DNA from: Microcystis aeruginosa NIES-2549
GTDB taxonomy: Bacteria; Cyanobacteriota; Cyanobacteriia; Cyanobacteriales; Microcystaceae
Assembly (NCBI RefSeq): GCF_000981785.2
Contig: NZ_CP011304.1
Coordinates: 1,740,001 to 1,772,000 of the forward strand
Direction: 5' to 3'
DNA length: 32,000 nt
In this document: positions 7,872-15,364 of the stretch, piece after piece
How positions within the stretch are numbered: position 1 is the first letter of the stretch
Layout of the letters: each line of letters starts with the position of its first letter
Program-made: the position numbers and the translations under genes
Notes under the pieces: model-generated
What the model saw: the letters and a program-made list of their open reading frames with translations, nothing else
Database searches by the model: none
What the model was told of the DNA's origin: nothing

Positions 7872-9089
7872 ATGTTTATCATCGAAAGTTTAAAAATGGC
7901 CGTCTCCACCCTAAGGGCCAATAAAGTGCGTAGCGGCCTGACCATGTTAGGAATTATTATCGGTAACGCTTCGGTGGTGGCCATGATCGGTATTGGCCAA
8001 GGGGCGCAAACCTTAGCCAATGACCAGTTTGCTAACTTGGGACCCAATACTCTTTTTGTGGTGCCGGGGTCGCGACAAGCACGCAATACCACTGTTAATT
8101 TACCGAAAACCCTAGTTTTAGCTGATGCTCATGCGATCGCCGAACAGGTTCCCACCGTCGCTGAAGTCGCCCCGGAAATAAACGCTCGTTTCCTGATTTC
8201 CTATCGTAATCGCAACATGACGGCTCTAGTCACGGGAAGCACCCCAGAATACGCTTCTGTCCGCAATTTTACCCTGGAAAAAGGTCGTTTTATCAATAAT
8301 ATCGATCTAGCCCGCAACAAACGGGTAACGGTGATCGGCACTGAAGTGGCAGCGCAACTTTTCCCCACCCAAAATCCCCTCGGTCAACAGCTGCGGATCA
8401 AAAATCTCAGTTTTGAGGTGATCGGGATTTTAGAGGCGAAAGGCTCCTTTTTTGGCAATAATCAGGATGAAATGCTGATTATTCCCCTTAGTACCATGAA
8501 CTCGCAACTGGTGGGCAAAACCGGACCCTACGGTGTCGAGTTGAGTTGGATTAGTCTCACCGCGCGATCGGGGGAGGAAATCCGCGCCGCTAAGTTCCAA
8601 ATCCAGAATCTCCTGCGTTTACGCCATAAAATCGTCGCTGAGGATGATTTTCGCGTCGAAACTGCTAAACAGATGATCGAAATCTTCGGCACGATTACCA
8701 AGGGTCTAACCCTACTTTTGGCTCTAATCGCCGGTATTTCCCTGATTGTCGGTGGTATCGGGGTGATGAATATTATGCTGGTTTCGGTTTCGGAAAGAAC
8801 CGGGGAAATCGGACTAAGAAAAGCGATCGGAGCCAGAGAACAGGATATTCTCTTACAATTCCTGATTGAATCAACTCTCGTTTCCATCGCCGGCGGTGCG
8901 CTTGGCATTCTCTTCGGTGCAGGAGCGATCGTTCTCGTCTCCAGTTTCTCTCCCCTGGCTGCCACTGTTTCCGCCAGCGCCGTCGCCCTGTCTTTGAGCG
9001 TTTCCACGGGTATCGGTCTCTTTTTCGGCGTTTTTCCCGCCTATCGTGCCTCTAAATTGGAACCGATTGTCGCTCTCAGAAGTGTCTAA
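7872..9089 (+). CDS. MacB/DevC-type ABC transporter permease (FtsX-like)
   Basis: N-terminal TM helix (LTMLGIIIGNASVVAMIGIG), a large periplasmic domain, and a C-terminal FtsX-type bundle (GIGVMNIMLVSVSERTGEIGLRKAIGA). Confidence 0.85.
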   Translation: MFIIESLKMAVSTLRANKVRSGLTMLGIIIGNASVVAMIGIGQGAQTLANDQFANLGPNTLFVVPGSRQARNTTVNLPKTLVLADAHAIAEQVPTVAEVAPEINARFLISYRNRNMTALVTGSTPEYASVRNFTLEKGRFINNIDLARNKRVTVIGTEVAAQLFPTQNPLGQQLRIKNLSFEVIGILEAKGSFFGNNQDEMLIIPLSTMNSQLVGKTGPYGVELSWISLTARSGEEIRAAKFQIQNLLRLRHKIVAEDDFRVETAKQMIEIFGTITKGLTLLLALIAGISLIVGGIGVMNIMLVSVSERTGEIGLRKAIGAREQDILLQFLIESTLVSIAGGALGILFGAGAIVLVSSFSPLAATVSASAVALSLSVSTGIGLFFGVFPAYRASKLEPIVALRSV

Positions 9090-9150
9090 TGTTTTAAGGT
9101 TTTTTCGGGGACGTTTTTGGCAAGGATTGCCTTTATAGCTAAGTTGGGGT

Positions 9151-9582
9151 CTAATGTGTGGGACGGATTTTATAATCCCGATAACGACGATAATCATTAA
9201 GAATGCGATCGTGATCAAAGCATAAAGGTTGGGGGAATTCCCAGAGATGAAAAATCCCGACTTTTTTGGCATCATCGGCAGCGATCGGTTTTCCTTTTGC
9301 CGTGGCGATAAAAACGATACTAATGGTGTGTTGACGCGGATCGCGGTTAGGATCGGAATAGACGTGAAATTGCTCGATTAACTGCACCTCTAAACTGATT
9401 TCCTCGTAAGCTTCCCGAATGGCCGCCTTTTCCACCGATTCACCGTAGTCCACGAATCCCCCCGGAATTGCCCAACCAAAGGGCGGATTTTTTCTCTCAA
9501 TTAGTACGATCGGACGATGGGGCGAGTCGATCAGTTCGATGATAATATCAACAGTAGGGGCAGGATTGCGATAGGTTGTCAT
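9151..9582 (-). CDS. NUDIX hydrolase
   Basis: Nudix box [25 protein letters not shown] (G-x5-E-x7-REUxEE). Confidence 0.85.
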   Translation of the reverse strand: MTTYRNPAPTVDIIIELIDSPHRPIVLIERKNPPFGWAIPGGFVDYGESVEKAAIREAYEEISLEVQLIEQFHVYSDPNRDPRQHTISIVFIATAKGKPIAADDAKKVGIFHLWEFPQPLCFDHDRILNDYRRYRDYKIRPTH

Positions 9583-9711
9583 TTTTTTCAGTTGTCAGTG
9601 AACATTTATCGGTAATCTGTGAATAATTTCATTTAAGACTCATAACCTTAAAATCGAATGCTTTCTAACCAGTCACTGATCAGGGATCACTAATAAGGAG
9701 GAGAATAAAAG

Positions 9712-10641
9712 TTGTTAGAAAATGCCAAGAAAATTACGGTTATAGGTGGGGGAATTTGGGGGCAAACTCTCGCTAATTTGGCTAGACGTAATCACTTAGC
9801 TGTTAGGGTTTGGTCTCGTCATACTGGGGAAGATTTAGGGGCTATTATAGCAGATACTGATGTAATTATTTCAGCAGTTTCGATTAAAGGAGTTGTTCCC
9901 ACGATCGAACAATTACAGCAATTACAATTAAATTCTTCCACAATTATCGTCACCGCCACTAAAGGATTAGAGCCAATCACCACTCGTACTCCTTTTCATC
10001 TCTGGAATCAAGCTTTTCCCGCTAATCCCCTTGTGGTTCTTTCTGGTCCCAATTTAGCTAAAGAAATTAATCAAGGTTTACCCGCTGCGACGGTGGTAGC
10101 AAGTTATGTGCAAAAAGCAGCGATATTGTTACAAAAATTATTATCTGGGGAATCTTTTCGGGTTTATCTGAATAGCGATCCCTTGGGGACTGAGTTAGGT
10201 GGCACTCTTAAAAATGTCATGGCGATCGCTTCTGGGGTTTGTGATGGTTTACAGTTAGGTACTAATGCCAAATCTGCCCTATTAACTCGCGCTTTACCGG
10301 AAATAATTCGGGTGGGAACTTGTCTAGGAGGTTGTCAAGAAACTTTCTTCGGTTTATCGGGTTTAGGGGATTTATTAGCTACCTGTAATAGTCCTTTATC
10401 CCGCAATTATCAAGTGGGTTATCAATTAGCTTTAGGTTTATCTTTGCCTGAGATTTTAGGGAAGTTAGAGGGAACTGCCGAGGGAATAAATACCACAGAA
10501 GTTTTGATGAGAATTGCCCAAGAAAAAAATTTATATGTACCGATTACCTGTCAAGTTGATCGTCTTTTGCGCGGGGAAATTTCTCCCCAAGTTGCCGTTT
10601 ATGAATTAATGCGTCGGGATCTAAAAGCAGAATTTGATTAA
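9712..10641 (+). CDS. gpsA: NAD(P)H-dependent glycerol-3-phosphate dehydrogenase
   Basis: N-terminal dinucleotide fold VIGGGIWG, plus GPNLAKEI and GTLKNVMAIASG motifs. TTG start preceded by AAGGAGG. Confidence 0.9.
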   Translation: MLENAKKITVIGGGIWGQTLANLARRNHLAVRVWSRHTGEDLGAIIADTDVIISAVSIKGVVPTIEQLQQLQLNSSTIIVTATKGLEPITTRTPFHLWNQAFPANPLVVLSGPNLAKEINQGLPAATVVASYVQKAAILLQKLLSGESFRVYLNSDPLGTELGGTLKNVMAIASGVCDGLQLGTNAKSALLTRALPEIIRVGTCLGGCQETFFGLSGLGDLLATCNSPLSRNYQVGYQLALGLSLPEILGKLEGTAEGINTTEVLMRIAQEKNLYVPITCQVDRLLRGEISPQVAVYELMRRDLKAEFD

Positions 10642-10759
10642 GAAACAAGAGATTTTTTAGTAAACAGTAAAAAGTAATCCGTGAGGGGTTAGCGAGTGGG
10701 GAAATGATGCCAAATCTGGTTATAATTCACATTTACCAGAAACGCTATATTCATTTCAA

Positions 10760-11839
10760 TCATTCCGAAATAACTAAATAAACTTCTAATCCTCTTTGAC
10801 CTTCTTTGTCAAATTTTAAGCCTATTTCAGAATCTTTTATCTCTCTGATTGGAATTCTTCGGCGAGGGGTATTTTTGCCATTTTTATTAATTTGAATACT
10901 TTCAATAATAGCATTTTGACATATTTTTTTATTTTCACTGACTAAAAAAACTTTTTTACCGACTTCTAGTCTTTTATTGGGTTCCTGTGGCTCATCTGAT
11001 ATTTTGATAGCACAGGCTTTTTTTTGTTGATACCAATTGACAATTTCACCGAGCTTTTGAAGCTTTCCTATCTTTTTCTTCCTATCAACAAAGCAATAAA
11101 GAACTAATTCACTCATAGCTTGACATATAGCTTCGACAAAATCACATAATTGTAGTAACTCATTGGCATTAAGAACGGTATCTATTTCTTTACCATGAGC
11201 AGAATTATTACGAAGTTCTATAAAATTCTTTAATTCATTTTCCACACTACCCCTACTATTATTGTCAATAAAATTCTTAACTTCTTTATGATTTTCTATC
11301 CATTGCCAAGAATCAGTTGCAGATATGCCAGCATCGACTAAAAGTCTGGTTAATTGATCTTTTCTCAGATTAGCTTCATGTAACAAAAAAGCAGCTGATG
11401 TGAGATTATATTTAGTTGTATTTTTGTATTCAGTATCAAATAAATTTTTGATAATGTCCCTCTCTGAAAGAGAATCGAAGCGATTTCTTTTATTTTCATT
11501 GCCCAGTAATGTAGCACAACCAGTCTGATGCTTATTTCTTACAGATTCAGGTAAATCTTGATAGCAACTATATAATTGAGGCAGCAAAATAATCCAATCT
11601 CCCACTAGATTTTCGACAAAATTTTCGTAAAGAGCATATAACCTTGTGATAGATGAACAATGATCGTTAACTAGCCACTTGTCTCCTAAAGGAGCATTTG
11701 CTTGAAGATATTTTAAGTCTTCTGTGTTGAGTTGTGAAGGATTATCCGCAATAATTTCTCTAAGTTTTTCACTGATATTAATTATTGATCGAATGGTCTT
11801 TATCTCATCCTTTAGGTTATTTAAAAGTCCTTCAAACAT
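10760..11839 (-). CDS. HEPN-like nuclease (R-x4-H motif; resembles the MAE_28990/MAE_18760 HEPN family) with a beta-rich C-terminal extension
   Basis: Mostly helical N-terminal ~250 aa containing ELRNNSAHG (Arg codon 11212-11210, His codon 11197-11195). Very AT-rich. ATG at 11839-11837 lies 2 nt after the stop of the upstream DUF262 gene. The track starts at TTG 11845, which would give a 4-nt overlap. Confidence 0.75.
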   Translation of the reverse strand: MFEGLLNNLKDEIKTIRSIINISEKLREIIADNPSQLNTEDLKYLQANAPLGDKWLVNDHCSSITRLYALYENFVENLVGDWIILLPQLYSCYQDLPESVRNKHQTGCATLLGNENKRNRFDSLSERDIIKNLFDTEYKNTTKYNLTSAAFLLHEANLRKDQLTRLLVDAGISATDSWQWIENHKEVKNFIDNNSRGSVENELKNFIELRNNSAHGKEIDTVLNANELLQLCDFVEAICQAMSELVLYCFVDRKKKIGKLQKLGEIVNWYQQKKACAIKISDEPQEPNKRLEVGKKVFLVSENKKICQNAIIESIQINKNGKNTPRRRIPIREIKDSEIGLKFDKEGQRGLEVYLVISE

Positions 11840-11841
11840 TC

Positions 11842-13053
11842 TCAAATACTCTGCTTAAGAACTCGTTGAATCAGAGAATCAAAAATTTGAATACGAGCTT
11901 TAAAATCATCTTTGGTATCCCCTTCTCCGGTGAAAAGTCCTTTTTTTAATTTTTTATCTTGATGAGTAATTCCCTGGGAATCTTGAGTAAATAAGCTGAT
12001 AGTTTCATCAATTATCGCTGATTTTCTAGTAATTAATTCTTGATAATCAGATAAATGGTTACTGAAACTGATCATCACTGCATCATAGTAAACTTTATAA
12101 GCTTTCGATTTATGTGTTTTGGTTTTACTATCGAAAGGCTTGAATAACTGATCCTGATAAATGTTAGATACTAACTCTATAGTTTGGTTAAATACTTGCT
12201 CGAACTCTTGGATATTCTCGTCGGAAAAATTAAGACTTTTTTTCATCATATAATTATCCAGATAGTTAGATAAATTACCTGTATATTTGTCAATATCCCT
12301 CAGGGCAAAAAAACGGAGGATTAATTCTACATCTTCCATCTTTTTATAAAATCGATTTTTTTTTAGTTCTTCTTTATCATCAATAGGAATATCCCAAGCT
12401 TTAGCAAAAATAGTATTCTCAGAAAGCTTTAATAAAAGTTCATTGAATTTCCCAGAGTAAAGACAGTTTCTTATTTCTTGTCGACTCAAAGATACACCTC
12501 CTGTATTGAGGCGTTCAAAAACCAGTTGTTTTAAAGATAAAGCTTCCTCTGTATCCGATAGAGACTCGGTAATAACAACTATAGTTGAAATGGCTCGTCG
12601 ATTGATACCATCTTTGATTTTTGCAGGAAGACTTTCATAGGTTCTTCCTTCTAATTCAGGCCAGATCTCTAACCCTGTTAATTTTAATTTGTTATTATAA
12701 AAATTCTCAATTGCTGTGATTCTTTGTTGACCATCCATTACTTGATATGAGTTATAGGAAGTTTCATAGAGAATCAGAGGAGGTACGGGAATATTCATCA
12801 AAAAAGATTCAATTAGTCTCGATTGTTTTTGTGCGTCCCAGCGATCCCGTCTCTGATAGAAAGGACGCTTTTTCACATAGTTAGGTTTATTTAAAGACTC
12901 AGCAAAACTAGGCAATTTTTCTCGATTCATTTCTAATAATATTCTTCGTTCACCTTGTTCATATTTTTCATTAATTTCATTATCTGATAATTTTTTAACA
13001 TCCTTTCGGGAACGTTTTTGCCAAGGATTTGTTTTAGTTTGTGAGATTGTCAT
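11842..13053 (-). CDS. DUF262 (ParB/Srx-like, GmrSD N-terminal type) domain protein without a DUF1524 nuclease half
   Basis: Hallmark string FYQRRDRWDAQKQSRLIESFLMNIPVPPLILYE...YQVMDGQQRITAIENFY (DGQQR motif). No His-Me/HNH-like motif seen in the C-terminal half. AT-rich. Confidence 0.8.
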   Translation of the reverse strand: MTISQTKTNPWQKRSRKDVKKLSDNEINEKYEQGERRILLEMNREKLPSFAESLNKPNYVKKRPFYQRRDRWDAQKQSRLIESFLMNIPVPPLILYETSYNSYQVMDGQQRITAIENFYNNKLKLTGLEIWPELEGRTYESLPAKIKDGINRRAISTIVVITESLSDTEEALSLKQLVFERLNTGGVSLSRQEIRNCLYSGKFNELLLKLSENTIFAKAWDIPIDDKEELKKNRFYKKMEDVELILRFFALRDIDKYTGNLSNYLDNYMMKKSLNFSDENIQEFEQVFNQTIELVSNIYQDQLFKPFDSKTKTHKSKAYKVYYDAVMISFSNHLSDYQELITRKSAIIDETISLFTQDSQGITHQDKKLKKGLFTGEGDTKDDFKARIQIFDSLIQRVLKQSI

Positions 13054-13132
13054 AATTTCCCACCAGAGGGGTACAAATTGATATGACCAGACTTACCTCA
13101 TTCATTTTTAAGCATAGACTGAGGATATATAC

Positions 13133-13186
13133 GAGAATTAAGAGTTATTGGTAATCTTCCCAGATAACTCTCAAAAGTTAATTCTC
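13133..13186. promoter_or_regulatory. Large imperfect palindrome in the upstream/leader region of the DUF262-HEPN operon (candidate operator or leader hairpin)
   Basis: GAGAATTAAGAGTTAT (13133-13148) pairs with ATAACTC (13164-13170) and TTAATTCTC (13178-13186). A 7-nt insertion on the right arm interrupts the pairing. It lies 80-133 nt upstream of ATG 13053. Confidence 0.35.
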
Positions 13187-13200
13187 TTAAATTGACAACT

Positions 13201-13228
13201 GGTCACTGATAACTGGTCACTGATAACT
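13201..13228. repeat. 2 x 14-nt tandem repeat GGTCACTGATAACT (contains the ATAACTG/CAGTTAT family core)
   Basis: Two exact copies read directly, abutting the sir stop codon (13231-13233). Confidence 0.85.
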
Positions 13229-13230
13229 GA

Positions 13231-15168
13231 TTAGGATTTTTGGCTGAAATAGGCCTCTAGCGCCTCATTGATGATTTGATTCATCGGCCGTTTTTCCGTT
13301 TCCGAAGCTTCCTTGAGACGGACAAACATATCATCGGGGACGCTGACACGGTTTTGATTTTTACGCACGCGTTTGGGTTTTGATTCAGTAGTAGTAGTTT
13401 CGGTCATTTTAGGTGTGTAGGTGGCTGAAAATGCTTGTAAAGCAGGGAAATTGACTCGATGACAGAATTCTCCGAAGGTTTCGTTATTTTGTTGATCCTG
13501 TTGGAAGTAAACGAAAATCGGTTCTAAGACCTTTTCTAGATCATCGATCGCCATTTTATCCAAATAGGGGCGCGCTAGTCGAGTTTGATCGGCTGTTCCC
13601 CCTAACCAGAGTTGGTAGGAATTGGGAGCGCTACCCACAAATCCTAATTCTGCCATATAGGGACGCGCGCAGCCATTAGGACATCCTGTCATGCGGATGA
13701 CAAATTCCTCTTTGCTTAATCCTAAGCGATTAAGTAGGGTGCGAATGCGTTCAATCACGCTGGGTAAAATTCTTTCTGACTCAGTAATCGCTAATCCACA
13801 GGTGGGCCAAGCGGGACAGGCCATGGCATAACGGGTTAAAGGGTCAATTTCGGCGGGATTGGTGATAATTCCGTGTTCTTTCAGGATCGCCTCGATCGCT
13901 TGTTGATCCTGGGGTTCAATTTCGTAGAGAATGATATTATGGTTAGCCGTCAAGCGCATGGGCAACTGAAAACGCTCGATAATCACTTTTAAGGCGGTTT
14001 TTAGCTGAAAACTGCCTTCATTTTTGACCCGGCCATTCTCCACAGAAAGACCAAAAAATAATTTTCCGTCTCCCTGTTCATTCCATCCCAAAAAGTCTTG
14101 ATATTTCCAATCGGGGAGGGGTTGGTAGGGGGCAATTTTTTGGCCGAAATAACCCTCAACAGTGCTGCGGAATTTTTCTACTCCCCATTCTTCGAGGATA
14201 TATTTCATTCTCGCATGACGACGATCTCCGCGATCGCCGTAATCCCTTTGGGTTGCTACGATCGCTTTTACCAGATCGTACACATCTTCTTTGTCCACAT
14301 AACCGATCGGATCGGCCATTCTGGGGAAAGTTTCTTCCTTATTGTGGGTCCTTCCCAGTCCACCCCCGGCAAGGATGTTAAAACCCTGTAATTGACCGTT
14401 TGCGTCGGTAATCACCACCAAACCGAGGTCATTGGTGTAGATATCGATGGAGTTGTCCCCCGGCACTGTGACACCGATCTTGAACTTACGGGGCATATAA
14501 TGTTGACCGTAGATCGGTTCGATCGGATCGTTTTTGTTAATGCCATTTGTATCTTTTTGTCTCGATGCCTTGACTTCTGGCGCTTCTTCTGCACTGATCA
14601 CTTTTTCGCCATCGAGCCAAATTTCGTAGTAAGCTCCAGTTTGGGGAGTGAGCAAATCGGCGATATTATTGGCATATTCCCAAGCGTAGCCGTATTCGGG
14701 GCGATTTTTGTAGGGGGCTGGCGGTGCGGTGATATTGCGGTTAACATCACCACAGGCCGCTAAAGTGGATCCCATACTGCGGATAATTTCCCCGAGGGTA
14801 GCTTTGAGATTTTTCTTTAAAATGCCGTGTAATTGGAAGCCTTGGCGGGTTGTCACGCGTAAAGTGCCGTTACCGTAGCGATCGGACAAACTATCGAGGG
14901 TAAGATATAGTTGCGCGGGAATAAACCCCCCCGGACTGCGGGTACGCAACATCATTTGATAGTCTTTTTCTTGACCTTTGGCTCTATTGTCGCGATTATC
15001 CTGTTGATAGGAACCGTGAAACTTGAGGATCTGCACCGCCGCATCGGTAAAATGGGTTGTATCTTCGAGGAGTTCACTGGCCAAAGGTTCTCGTAGATAA
15101 TTACTGCGTTCTTTGATACCTTCGACTTTAGAAACCTTGGCGGTAGGAGAAATAGGAGTTGTAACCAT
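13231..15168 (-). CDS. sir: Assimilatory ferredoxin-sulfite reductase with a C-terminal ribbon-helix-helix-like tail
   Basis: Nitrite/sulfite reductase half-domains and siroheme-[4Fe-4S] cysteine clusters ([21 protein letters not shown]). N-terminal [16 protein letters not shown] is typical of Fd-SiR. Confidence 0.9.
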   Translation of the reverse strand: MVTTPISPTAKVSKVEGIKERSNYLREPLASELLEDTTHFTDAAVQILKFHGSYQQDNRDNRAKGQEKDYQMMLRTRSPGGFIPAQLYLTLDSLSDRYGNGTLRVTTRQGFQLHGILKKNLKATLGEIIRSMGSTLAACGDVNRNITAPPAPYKNRPEYGYAWEYANNIADLLTPQTGAYYEIWLDGEKVISAEEAPEVKASRQKDTNGINKNDPIEPIYGQHYMPRKFKIGVTVPGDNSIDIYTNDLGLVVITDANGQLQGFNILAGGGLGRTHNKEETFPRMADPIGYVDKEDVYDLVKAIVATQRDYGDRGDRRHARMKYILEEWGVEKFRSTVEGYFGQKIAPYQPLPDWKYQDFLGWNEQGDGKLFFGLSVENGRVKNEGSFQLKTALKVIIERFQLPMRLTANHNIILYEIEPQDQQAIEAILKEHGIITNPAEIDPLTRYAMACPAWPTCGLAITESERILPSVIERIRTLLNRLGLSKEEFVIRMTGCPNGCARPYMAELGFVGSAPNSYQLWLGGTADQTRLARPYLDKMAIDDLEKVLEPIFVYFQQDQQNNETFGEFCHRVNFPALQAFSATYTPKMTETTTTESKPKRVRKNQNRVSVPDDMFVRLKEASETEKRPMNQIINEALEAYFSQKS

Positions 15169-15364
15169 CGTCTAACAGCACGATAACCTGTGGATAGGTC
15201 TTAGGAATAGGAATTTAGACAAGCTCGATCGATCCTAAGAAGTTTTACTAAGATGATCTCTAGAGTTCGTTCCAGACTCTGAGGTTAACAGTAGCGATCG
15301 AGACCTTAATTCTATCTTAGCTTCTTACCGTCCCCCGCGAACGCCACCCACCGATCAACTTTTT

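Noticed and set aside
6831-9275. Antisense or alternate-frame ORFs inside the devB-like and devC-like genes and spanning into the NUDIX gene (6831..7088, 7092..7532, 7775..8092, 8528..9007, 8871..9275)
   Set aside because: These are shadow ORFs of well-supported genes. 7775..8092 is largely a translation of the CCCACAC repeat. 8871..9275 crosses an intergenic gap and overlaps two real genes.
10737-13140. Possible inverted repeats bounding the DUF262-HEPN islet (CAGAAACGCTATATTC at 10737-10752 versus GAGGATATATACGAGA near 13121-13136)
   Set aside because: The similarity is limited to an AT-rich TATATA core with several mismatches or indels, which is not distinguishable from chance.
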